Of a stretch of 64,000 bases of DNA, positions 38,189 to 48,343 are shown one piece after another (the first letter of the stretch is position 1; every line of letters begins with the position of its first letter). Where the stretch lies: the IMG/VR virus record IMGVR_UViG_3300022601_000011. One strand, 5' to 3'. The position numbers and the translations under genes are program-made. The notes under the pieces are model-generated. The model saw only the letters and a program-made list of their open reading frames with translations. It ran no database searches and was not told the origin of the DNA. The stretch comes from a virus (Duplodnaviria > Heunggongvirae > Uroviricota > Caudoviricetes).

Positions 38189-39295
38189 ATGACGCAGAAA
38201 TATGACAAGGATGAAATCAAAGAGCGACTTACTCTTGAAATGGTTTTTGAGATAGTGCAAGAATTTGGTGGAGATCCTCATATGACTTCATTCGGTTTTA
38301 TTTCTGCTACTATTTGTCATAATCCACCTGGAGAAGGCTCTCATAAATTGTATTATTACGATAATACAAAACTGTTTAAATGTTATACTGGTTGTGACGA
38401 GTATTTTGATATTTTTGAATTACTGATGAAAATCAAAGTGCTCGCACAACCTGATAGTGGCTGGGGTCTTTATGATTCTGTTAGATGGGTCGCAGCGAAA
38501 TATGGCTGGGGCCCTTCTGTCGTATCTGATGATGATACTCCAAAAGCAATTGGATGGGATATTTTTCAGAAATATGAGAAGTTGGAAAATCTCGCAGGAG
38601 AAACCAAATTTACAATCTTAAAAGAATTTGACCCATCTATTTTAAAAAATCTTTCATATCCCATTATTGAAGAATGGGAACAAGAGGGAATTAGCAGAGA
38701 AGTTCTTACAAGGAATTTAATTGGTTATTATCCAACAGGAGAACAAATTACAATTCCTCATTTTGATGCCGAAGGACGTTTTATAGGATTGCGCGGTAGG
38801 GCTTTAGGCGATGAAGAAGCAGAATTATATGGAAAATATCGGCCTATAACTATCGGAAAACTTATGTATAATCATCCTCTTGGTTTGAATTTATATAATT
38901 TTAATAATAGTAAAAGGAACATTGAACGAATTAAAAAGGCAGTGATATTTGAAGGTGAAAAATCTTGTTTATTGTATCAATCTTACTTCGGTGCTGATTC
39001 AGACATATCAGTTGCCTGTTGCGGCTCTTCTATATCTTCCGTACAGATGGCTCTTCTCTTAAATGCTGGAACAGAAGAAATCATCATTGCTTTTGATAAG
39101 CAGTTTCAGCAATCGGGAGACACCGAATTTCAACACTTAGTAAGAAATTTGAAAAATATTCATAAGAAGTATTCATCTATGGCAACAATTTCTTTTATAT
39201 TTGACAAAGAAGATAAGTTACCATATAAAGCTTCACCTATTGATTGTGGAGCAGAAATGTTTGTAGAAATGTATAAAAATAGAATATTATTATGA
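38189..39295 (+). CDS. DnaG-type DNA primase
   Basis: CHC2 zinc finger (CHNPPGEGSHKLYYYDNTKLFKCYTGCDE) and Toprim (AVIFEGEKSCLLYQ). TAG-free. Confidence 0.7.
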   Translation: MTQKYDKDEIKERLTLEMVFEIVQEFGGDPHMTSFGFISATICHNPPGEGSHKLYYYDNTKLFKCYTGCDEYFDIFELLMKIKVLAQPDSGWGLYDSVRWVAAKYGWGPSVVSDDDTPKAIGWDIFQKYEKLENLAGETKFTILKEFDPSILKNLSYPIIEEWEQEGISREVLTRNLIGYYPTGEQITIPHFDAEGRFIGLRGRALGDEEAELYGKYRPITIGKLMYNHPLGLNLYNFNNSKRNIERIKKAVIFEGEKSCLLYQSYFGADSDISVACCGSSISSVQMALLLNAGTEEIIIAFDKQFQQSGDTEFQHLVRNLKNIHKKYSSMATISFIFDKEDKLPYKASPIDCGAEMFVEMYKNRILL

Positions 39296-39302
39296 GGTAA
39301 AT

Positions 39303-41108
39303 ATGCGCTATAATTTAATAAAAGAACCAGAGCAAGAGAGAGGCTTGCTAGAATAGATTCTCCACAATCGAGGTCTTACCCAAGAAGAAATGTAGAGATA
39401 TATTACTCCAAGTGTAAGTGAATGCTTTACTCCTGGCTCATTTGAAAATATTTTTAATGCTGCTTCACTATTAATAAAAACTCTTGTTCATCAAGAGAGG
39501 ATTCATATTTAGGTAGATAGCGATTGTGATGGATATACTTCATCTGCCGTTTTGCTTAACTATCTATATCGTGTTTTCCCAGCATCTGTATAGAATTTAA
39601 TTTCTTATAATCTCCATAGCGATAAACATCATGGTATCAATGTTGAAGCTATTCCAGAAGATGTAAAATTAATTATCGTACCTGATGCTTCTTCAAATGA
39701 AAATCAAATTCATAAAGAGTTGGCAGAAAAAGGTATTGATATTATTGTTTTAGATCACCATGATGCCGAACCTGATATTTTTGACCCAGCGGTTATTGTA
39801 AATAATTAGATGTGCTCTTATCCCAATAAGGCATTATCTGGTGTTGGCGTAGTATATAAATTTTGTCTGATTTTAGATAGGCTTTTAAAACAATCATATG
39901 CCAATGATTATCTTGATTTGGTGGCTCTTGGTATGGTTGCCGATATGATGGATTTGCGCTCTTTGGAAACGCGTTATCTTACATGGGCTGGTATGCAATA
40001 GCCTCGTAATCCCTTTATTGTTGGCATGATGGAGAAAAATGAATTTAAGATTCAAGGCCAACTCACTCCATTTACAATATCTTGGTATATTGCCCCTTTT
40101 GTAAATGCAATGTGTCGTTCTGGTAATCCATCAGAAAAAGATATTTTATTCCGCTCAATGTTGGAATATGAAGCTGGAAAATTAGTTCCTTCTACTAAAC
40201 GTGGAGGGAAAGGTCAGGAAGAAACTGTTCTTACTCAGGCTCTTCGCACGGCGGGCAATGTAAAGAACCATTAGGATAAAGAAAAATAGACTGCTCTTGA
40301 AGCAATTCGTAAATAGATTAAAGAAGAAGGCTTAGACCAAAACTCTATTATCATCGTTAAAGTTGATGGTGAAATGGAAAGTAATTTAAATGGTCTTGTT
40401 GCCAATCAAATTATGAGCGAATATCAAAAACCCACTTTAATTTTAACCAAAAGAGTAAAAGAAATTGCCCCTGAAAGTTTTGCATAGGGAATTTTTGGAC
40501 AATCTATTACTTTCACTCCAAAAACTGAAATTACTTGGGAGGGTTCCGCTCGCGGCTATATCACTTCTGGTATTGATGATTGGCGAAAATTTATTGAGAA
40601 TACTGGCTTGTGTCTATATGCTGAAGGACATCCAATGGCATTTGGTGTAGGTTTTACTCCCGATGGCTTAGAATTATTTAAGGCATATGTTCGCAAACAT
40701 TTTCCAACTGCTCCAGAGGTAATGTATAATGTAGATTTCATCTGGGATTACAAAGAGCCTAATTTAGGTTCTCATATTTTAGAAATCGCAAAACATAAAG
40801 ACTTATGGGGTCAAGGAGTAAAAGAACCTTTAGTAGTTATCAAAGGAGTTCCTGTGACTTCTAAGGAATTTTTATTAATGGGAAAAGGAACTTTAAAAAT
40901 TCTTATTCCAAGAACCAAGATTTCTTGTATTAAGTTTGGTTATGGAGAAGAATTATATGAACAAACTAATCAATATTTTCAATCCGCTGATACAGTAATC
41001 AAAATGGATATTATTGGACGTTGTGCTGAAAATAATTTTAACGGCATTGCTCCACAAATTGAGATTGAAGACTTCCAGATTTCTTCTACTCATAGTTGGT
41101 ATTTTTAA
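39303..41108 (+). CDS. RecJ-like DHH-family exonuclease; ~10 in-frame TAG
   Basis: One 602-codon frame ending in TAA once TAG is sense. DHH motif I (VDSDCDGYTSSA) and motif III (LDHHDAEP). The N-terminus LLE[Q]ILHNRGLT resembles RecJ LLxxLLxNRGI, supporting TAG=Gln. The ORF track sees only fragments. Confidence 0.65.
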
Positions 41109-41137
41109 TTGACTTTTTACGAAATTTATGATATAAT
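41109..41137 (+). promoter_or_regulatory. consensus sigma70 promoter
   Basis: TTGACT-17-TATAAT. Confidence 0.55.
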
Positions 41138-41171
41138 TATTGTATAATAGAAGAAATGGAGGAAGTAGAGC

Positions 41172-42343
41172 ATGATTCTTACATCTAAACAAGAAGAAGG
41201 CTTGAAAATTGCGGTAGCCCGATACAAGAACCGAGAAAGTTATACTTGTATCGCGGGCTACGCCTAACTGGAACTGGTAAGAGCACTTTGGTGCAGTATA
41301 TTATCAGTGCCTTAAGAATTGACCCTGAAGATGTATGTTATGTGGCTTATACTGGTAAGGCGGCGCAAGTATTAAGAACAAAAGGTTGTCCTAATGCTAT
41401 GACCGCACACCGTTTATTGTATAAATCTCGCCAAAAAGATGATGGCTCATATGTACATATTCCTCTTGACCATATATTCCCTTATTCACTGATTGTCGTA
41501 GATGAAGTTTCCATGCTGCCTAAAGTAATGTGGGAACTCCTTCTGCGTCATCGTATTCATGTAATTGCTCTTGGCGATCCTGGACAGTTACCTCCAGTTG
41601 CTGCAGAACAACATGAAGTATTGGATAAACCTCATATTTTCTTAGATGAAATTATGAGACAAGAGGAAGAAAGTGAAATTATTCGTCTCACTATGGATAT
41701 TCGTGCCGGAAAGGCTTTAGAAAAATTTTCTGGTAATGAAGTGCGGATTGTCGATAGAGATGAATTATTTCAAGATGGTTTTTTGGCTTGGGCCGATCAA
41801 ATTTTGGTTGGAAAAAATAATACTCGTCGTGCTATTAATGCCAATCTTCGTCAAACTTTACTTGGAATTGACGATATGGAACCTGTAGTTGGCGATCGAG
41901 TTATTTGCCTTCATAACGAATGGGAATGTATTAATGATACTAATGATGCTTTAGTAAATGGATTAAGTGGAACAATTACTGAATTGGACTGGACCGATGA
42001 AAATCCATTTATGAGAAAAACTCCTATCATTACTTTTCAACCTGATTTTGAAGGTGCTGGAGCATTCCCTGAATTAGAAGCAGATTATAAAATCTTTACA
42101 GAAAATGAAGCAACTGTAAATAAATTGACTTTTAAAAATATCCCTAAATGGTATCATCCTAAACAGTTTGATTATGGATATGCTATTACTTGTCATAAAG
42201 CACAAGGTAGTGAGTATGATAAAGTTATTGTCTTGGAAGAATTTTTAAGAGGCGAAAGTAAGGAAGACCATATGCGTTGGTTATATACCGCTGCGACACG
42301 AGCCTCTAAGAAATTAATTATTGTGAGGAATTATCGACCATGA
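41172..42343 (+). CDS. Dda/RecD-like SF1 helicase with an apparent -1 frameshift near 41262
   Basis: Helicase motifs VDEVSMLPK and GDPGQLPPV. The canonical N-terminus MILTSKQEEGLKIAVARYKNRESYTCIAGYA is in frame 0 and stops at TAA 41265. Walker A LTGTGKST continues in the -1 frame (ORF 41246..42343). Confidence 0.55.
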
Positions 42344-42984
42344 AAGTATTAAGTATAGATTTTGATTGGGTTATGGAGCCTTTTATTTAGGCGTATAATT
42401 AGTATAGTCGCGTAAGTAAATCTGGACCTGATGAGACTTGGAAAATAATAGAAACAGAAATTCCTGCATTAAAATATAATTGTAACCTTGAAATGGATTA
42501 TGAAAAATATGCTAATTTATATTTTTTCTTAAGGGAAGTTTGTAAGCATAATCCTAAATCTTATATACTAATAGGTCAAAATCATAATGAAATTGTTCCA
42601 GCAATAAAAAAAGTTCATCATGAAATTGGTGGCTCTTTAGAGATTATAAATATTGATCATCATCATGATCGAGGATATCATCACAATGACATAGAAGAAT
42701 TTAAAGAACGACCTTATGACTGTACTAATTGGCTTTATTATTTAACTAAATACTATTAGGTAAATAAATATATATGGGTCCGTAATAAAAATTCTGAAAT
42801 GTAGTTATATCATGAGCTTCCTAAGAATCATGAATATATTACATTAACTGATTTAAAAGATTTGAACACTAATGATCATTATGATTTAATTTTTATTTGT
42901 TCTTCTTATGATTGGGTACCATTAAAATATCGTCCATTATTTAACATTTTAGTAGAAAATCCAGGAAAGGCAACATTACAATGA
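42340..42984 (+). CDS. hypothetical His-rich protein; 4 in-frame TAG
   Basis: 215-codon frame from ATG 42340 (ATGA overlap with the helicase stop) to TGA 42984. Confidence 0.45.
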
Positions 42985-43793
42985 TTTTTATTCTTGGCCC
43001 TTGTGCAATTTCACGAGACCCAGGTTTTAATGATATAAAATATGTGACTGAAGAAATCCAAAAAGTTGCAAATCGATTTCCTCATGAAGAATTTTGGTTA
43101 AGAGGCGGCTGTTGGAAACCTCGCACAAGCACATTCTCTTATCAAGGAGCAGGAAAATTAGGCTTTGAAAAAATGTTAAGAGAATATCAAAACTGTGTAA
43201 ATAACTGTTCTACAGATGATAATATTATTAGTGGTATTTGCGTAGAAGTTATGGATGAAGAGCAATATCATTATGTGAAAGAGCGTTGTGAAGAGGAAAA
43301 AGTGGAAGTAATATTTCAAATTGGTTCACGTAATATGCAAAATTTTAGCTTATTGCGCACATTAAATGAAAGTGATAATCTTATCCTTCTCAAACGAGGA
43401 TTTGGCAATACTGTTGAAGAATTTATCGCTGCTCGTAATTATATGCCAAAAGCAATGGTATATGGTTGTGAGCGTGGTATTCGTACTTTCTCAGATTCTT
43501 CACGATTTACTCTTGATCTTGCGGCAATTCCTAAAATTCATCAAGAGGCAAATATGATTCCAGTAATTGTTGATCCATCACATGCCGCCGGCTATACTCC
43601 TCATGTAGAACCTCTTGCTTTGGCTGCCGTTGCTGTGGGTGCAGATGGATTAATGATTGAAACTCAAAATACTCCATATGGAGCTTGCTGTGATAAAGCG
43701 CAAGCATTACCTTTAGATAAATTGCCTGCCCTTATTGAAAAATGTTTGGCTATAAAAACGGCGCTTGAACTTGAAAAAGTTAAAAATTTATGA
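42981..43793 (+). CDS. DAHP-synthase/KDO8P-synthase family enzyme (KdsA/AroF-like)
   Basis: CWKPRTSTFSYQGAG and VDPSHAAG motifs of the DAHP synthetase I family. TAG-free. Confidence 0.55.
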   Translation: MIFILGPCAISRDPGFNDIKYVTEEIQKVANRFPHEEFWLRGGCWKPRTSTFSYQGAGKLGFEKMLREYQNCVNNCSTDDNIISGICVEVMDEEQYHYVKERCEEEKVEVIFQIGSRNMQNFSLLRTLNESDNLILLKRGFGNTVEEFIAARNYMPKAMVYGCERGIRTFSDSSRFTLDLAAIPKIHQEANMIPVIVDPSHAAGYTPHVEPLALAAVAVGADGLMIETQNTPYGACCDKAQALPLDKLPALIEKCLAIKTALELEKVKNL

Positions 43794-43799
43794 TATAAT
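43771..43799 (+). promoter_or_regulatory. consensus sigma70 promoter inside the 3' end of the KdsA-like gene (drives PolIII alpha)
   Basis: TTGAAA-17-TATAAT. Confidence 0.5.
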
Positions 43800-43832
43800 A
43801 TATACAGGAAATGTAAAGAGAGGAACGAGTAG

Positions 43833-46800
43833 ATGTTTTTTAATTGTCATAATCACACTCATTATAGCAATCTACGACTTCTCGACTGTATTATAAAACC
43901 GAAAGACCTAGTTGATAAAGCGATTGAACTAGGTCTTTCTGGCGTAGCTATTACAGACCACGAAGCGTTGAGCGGTCATATGGAAATTAATATGTATGCG
44001 AAGAAAATTCGTGAAAAGCATCCTGATTTTACGATCGCTTTTGGGAATGAAATTTATTTAACTGATACCAGAGATAAGGGTCAGCCTTATTATCACTTTA
44101 TTCTTGTTGCAAAAGATGCAATCGGTCATAAAGCACTTCGTGAGTTGAGTTCTATTGCATGGTATAATTCATACTTTGATAGAGGTATGGAAAGAGTGCC
44201 ACTTCTAAAAACAGAATTGGCGAATATTATGAGTAAATATAAAGGTCATGTAATGGGAACTACAGCATGTATGGGTGGAGAACTTTCTAAAAAGTTAACT
44301 GCTTATCATGTAGCGAAAGAATCTCAGAATTATGATGAAGCTCAAGTTTATTTACAAGAAGCTTGGAATTTTATCAATTTCTGTGTTGGAGTATTTGGAC
44401 AAGATGATTTTTATATTGAATGTGCTCCATCAACTACTGAAGATCAAATTATAATCAATAAGTATTTGATGGATACAGCAATACATTTTCAACTCAAAAT
44501 TTTGCCTGCCACAGACTCTCATTATTTGAGTAAAGAAACTCGTTTTGCTCATAAAGCATATTTGAACTCAAAAGGCGGAGAACGAGAAATTGATAGCTTC
44601 TATGAATTTGCTCGTTTAATGGATGAAAATGAAGTAAGAGAATTATTGTCTTATTCTTTTGAGCCTAAAGATATTGATTCAGTTTTAAGAGCATCTGAAG
44701 ATATGCGTCAAAAAATTGAATGGTATTCTTTAGAAAGACCTCAACAAATTCCAGTTGTTGAAGTGCCAAAGCATACGATTACAATTACAGGTTGGGATTT
44801 TGAAACAGATTATCCCACTTTAGATTACATTAATAAACAAGGAACTGACCAAGAACGATATTGGTTAGATTGTTGTTTAAAAGAACTGTTTAATAAGAAA
44901 TTAGTCAAAGATGAATATATTGAAAGACTTGAAATTGAAGCAGACGTTATCCGATATATTGGAGATCGTCTTGGGACTTGTCTATTTGCTTATTTCAATA
45001 CCTTTAAGCATTATATTGATCTGTTTTGGGATTGCGGTAGTATTGTCGGTCCTGGCCGCGGTTCTGCTACTGGTTTCCTCTCCAATTATTTGCTTGGTAT
45101 TACTCAGTTGGATCCTATAAAATGGAATTTGCCGTGGTGGCGTTTTCTAAATAAAGAACGTGCTGAGTTGCCTGATATTGATATTGACTTGGCTCCTTCT
45201 AAGCGACCTTTGATTTTTGAAAAGATTAGAGAAGAGCGTGGAGAGCTTGGTTTAATTCAGGTTGCGACTTTTGGTACTGAAGGTACAAAATCTGCTATTC
45301 TTACAGCTTGTCGTGGATATAGAGGCCCAACAGGTGAAGAGGAAGAATATAAAGACGGTATTGATGTTGACGCTGCTCAGTATATGTCTTCTCTCATTCC
45401 TCAGGAACGTGGTTTCTTGTGGTCTATGAATGAAGTAGTATATGGTAGTGAAGAGAAAGGTCGAAGACCTGTAACGGCATTCATTCGAGAAGTAAATAAA
45501 TATCCTGGTTTGTTGGATATTATCTTTACTCTTGAAGGTGTAGTAAAACAACGTGGATGTCATGCTTCTGGTGTCATTATGTATGATGAAAATATTTTTG
45601 ATACCGCGGCAATTATGAGAACTCCTTCTGGAGATTTAATTACTTGTTATGACCTTCATATGGCTGAAGCCGCTGGAGATACGAAGTATGACTTCCTTGT
45701 AACTGAAATTTCTGATAAGGAAATTATTTGTCTGAATCTTATGATGGAAGATAAAGTAATCTTACCCATGAGTTTAAGACAAGCATATAACACTTATTTA
45801 CATCCTGAGATAATGGATACAAAAGATCCAGTAATTTGGCAGAAACTTGCCGAAGGTTCTGTATTGGATGTATTCCAGTTCAATAGTGGTGTTGGTCTTG
45901 CGATAGCAAAAAGACTTCAGCCGAGTAATCCGTTGGAAATGACTGCGGCGAATGCTATGATGAGACTTATGACAGAGAGAGGTCAAGAGTCTCAGCAAGA
46001 TAGATATATGAGAATTAAAACGAATGGTCTTGAGACTTTCCAGAGAGAAATGGAAAAATCAAAACTTCCTGAGCCGATGATTGAAGCAATGCATCAATAT
46101 TGTGATACATATTATGGTTGTTGCGCAATTCAAGAGCAAATGATGGAAATTCTCATGGATGAACGTATCGCACATTTTACATTGGCAGAAGCAAATGATG
46201 CTCGTAAGATTGTTGCGAAAAAACAGATGTCTCGTATTCCAGAACTCAAGAGAAAAGTATATGAAGCAATGCCATTCATTTGTGCGGATTATGTATGGAA
46301 GGTCGCCGTGGCGCCGCAGTTAGGCTATGCTTTTAGTATGAACCATTCACTTCCATATTCTTTTGTAGGAATGCAGACTTTGTTATTAGCATCTAAATTC
46401 AATCCAATTTATTGGAATACTGCCTGTTTGATTGTAAATAGTGGCGCAGTTGACCCAGAATTGAAAGGAACTACTGATTATGGAAAAATTGCAAAAGCAA
46501 TTGGAGACATTAAATCTGCCGGAATCGAAGTCACTCCAGCAGATATCAACCTATCTAGCTTTGGCTTCCGCCCCGACGCGGCGACCGGACGGATTATTTT
46601 CGGACTCAAAGGACTACTCAACGTCGGCGACGATGTGGTACAATCTATTATTGAGTCTCGACCCTTCAGCAGTTTTGGAGACTTTCTTGGACGCGTAAAA
46701 TGTGGCAAGCAAGCAGTTGTATCTCTTATCAAGGGTGGAGCATTTGATTCATTTGGCGAGAGAAAAGATATTATGGCAGAATATCTTTGGATGACTTGCG

Positions 46801-47684
46801 ATAAGAAACAACGTATCACACTTCAGAATATGAATGGTCTTATTCAGAGAGATTTATTGCCGAAGCATTTGAGTCATCAGAGAGCGGTATATGAATTTAC
46901 TCGTTATCTGAAAAATGCTTTGAAATCTGATGGAGATTATTATATTCTCGATGAAAGAGCATTAGCATTTGTTGACAGTCATTATAATCTTCCTTTGGAA
47001 GTATATAATAACACTTATGCTCTAAATAAGAAAATGTGGGAGAAAGTCTATAAGCAAGAAATGGATGCGGTGCGAACTTGGATGAAAGATAATCAAGAAG
47101 AAGCATTGTATGCCATGAATAAAATGATTTTCTCCGAAGAATGGAAAAAATATGCTGGCGATGCAAATTATTCCGCTTGGGAAATGGAAGTATTGTGTTT
47201 CTATAGCCATGAACACGAATTGAAAGATATTGATACTAAAAAGTATGGTATTAGTGATTTCTTTGAGCTTCCTGAAGAGCCAATCGTGGAAAAAACATTC
47301 CGACGTGGCGGAGTAGATATTCCGATTTATAGACTTAATCGTATTTGCGGAACTTGTATCGCTAAAAATAAAACGAAAGGCACAGTTTCTCTTCTAACTC
47401 CTAGTGGTGTAGTAACCGTTAAGTTTAGAAATGAATATTTCAGTATGTTTGATAAACAGATTTCTGAACGAGGAGAAGATGGAGTTAAGCACGTAGTTGA
47501 AAAATCTTGGTTCAATAGAGGTAGTATGATTATGGTAACAGGTATTCGTCGTGGAGATGAATTTGTGCCGAAAAAGTACGCTTCAACCGCAGGTCATCAG
47601 TTGTATAAAATCAATGGTGTTGGCCCAAGAGGAACATTGAATCTTCAGTTTGAGCGTGCTAAAGGAGAAGCTAGTGAGGAATAA
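43833..47684 (+). CDS. DNA polymerase III alpha subunit (DnaE-like), with N-terminal PHP domain
   Basis: PHP motifs CHNHTHYS and AITDHEALSG. 1283 aa, TAG-free. Own promoter 43771..43799. Confidence 0.8.
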   Translation: MFFNCHNHTHYSNLRLLDCIIKPKDLVDKAIELGLSGVAITDHEALSGHMEINMYAKKIREKHPDFTIAFGNEIYLTDTRDKGQPYYHFILVAKDAIGHKALRELSSIAWYNSYFDRGMERVPLLKTELANIMSKYKGHVMGTTACMGGELSKKLTAYHVAKESQNYDEAQVYLQEAWNFINFCVGVFGQDDFYIECAPSTTEDQIIINKYLMDTAIHFQLKILPATDSHYLSKETRFAHKAYLNSKGGEREIDSFYEFARLMDENEVRELLSYSFEPKDIDSVLRASEDMRQKIEWYSLERPQQIPVVEVPKHTITITGWDFETDYPTLDYINKQGTDQERYWLDCCLKELFNKKLVKDEYIERLEIEADVIRYIGDRLGTCLFAYFNTFKHYIDLFWDCGSIVGPGRGSATGFLSNYLLGITQLDPIKWNLPWWRFLNKERAELPDIDIDLAPSKRPLIFEKIREERGELGLIQVATFGTEGTKSAILTACRGYRGPTGEEEEYKDGIDVDAAQYMSSLIPQERGFLWSMNEVVYGSEEKGRRPVTAFIREVNKYPGLLDIIFTLEGVVKQRGCHASGVIMYDENIFDTAAIMRTPSGDLITCYDLHMAEAAGDTKYDFLVTEISDKEIICLNLMMEDKVILPMSLRQAYNTYLHPEIMDTKDPVIWQKLAEGSVLDVFQFNSGVGLAIAKRLQPSNPLEMTAANAMMRLMTERGQESQQDRYMRIKTNGLETFQREMEKSKLPEPMIEAMHQYCDTYYGCCAIQEQMMEILMDERIAHFTLAEANDARKIVAKKQMSRIPELKRKVYEAMPFICADYVWKVAVAPQLGYAFSMNHSLPYSFVGMQTLLLASKFNPIYWNTACLIVNSGAVDPELKGTTDYGKIAKAIGDIKSAGIEVTPADINLSSFGFRPDAATGRIIFGLKGLLNVGDDVVQSIIESRPFSSFGDFLGRVKCGKQAVVSLIKGGAFDSFGERKDIMAEYLWMTCDKKQRITLQNMNGLIQRDLLPKHLSHQRAVYEFTRYLKNALKSDGDYYILDERALAFVDSHYNLPLEVYNNTYALNKKMWEKVYKQEMDAVRTWMKDNQEEALYAMNKMIFSEEWKKYAGDANYSAWEMEVLCFYSHEHELKDIDTKKYGISDFFELPEEPIVEKTFRRGGVDIPIYRLNRICGTCIAKNKTKGTVSLLTPSGVVTVKFRNEYFSMFDKQISERGEDGVKHVVEKSWFNRGSMIMVTGIRRGDEFVPKKYASTAGHQLYKINGVGPRGTLNLQFERAKGEASEE

Positions 47685-47685
47685 T

Positions 47686-48300
47686 ATGAAGGTAATTATC
47701 GCGTTAATTGGAAAGGCTGGCGCGGGTAAGGATACAATTGCCCGCGACCTTGCCCGCAGAAATCCAAATTGGAATATGATTGTATCTTGTACCACTCGCC
47801 CAATGCGAAATAATGAAGTAGAAGGTGAAAGTTATTACTTTTTAACGAATGAATAGTTTGCCGAAAAAGTTTTAAATGGCGATATGCTTGAGGCAACTTA
47901 TTTCAATGAATGGCATTACGGTACAATGGAATCAAGTCTTAAAGAGGGTGTCAATATTGGAGTATTTAATCCAGAAGGATTTGATTGTCTGACTAGTTCT
48001 CCTCTTGAAGATGTTATTGTTTACGGTTATTATATTGCCTGTTCTGATAAAGAGCGTATGCTTCGTTAGCTTAATAGAGAAAATAAACCTAATGTATCTG
48101 AAATCTGCCGTCGGTATTTCGCCGACGAAGAAGATTTTAATGAAGAGATAATCCGAGACTTTATCTTACATCGCAATATGTGTAAATATCGGAATGAAAA
48201 AGAATCCGATAAACAAGATGTTGTGTGGGCCATTGAGGATGATATCGAACATCTAGTAGCACGTGGGCGACTTTCGATAGAACATAAGCCAGTAAATTGA
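47686..48300 (+). CDS. guanylate-kinase-like (d)NMP kinase; 2 in-frame TAG
   Basis: P-loop GKAGAGKDT and TTRPMRNNEVEGESYYF. FLTNE[Q]FAEKVLNG fits the Gmk pattern with Q. Confidence 0.6.
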
Positions 48301-48343
48301 AATATTATGGATTATCCACTTTTTATTATCGGAGGTAAAATAC

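Noticed and set aside
39810-40274. Treating the 39810..40001, 40026..40274 and 40608..41108 ORFs as separate small genes
   Set aside because: They share one frame with ATG 39303. Only TAG codons separate them, and together they reconstruct a complete RecJ-like DHH protein.
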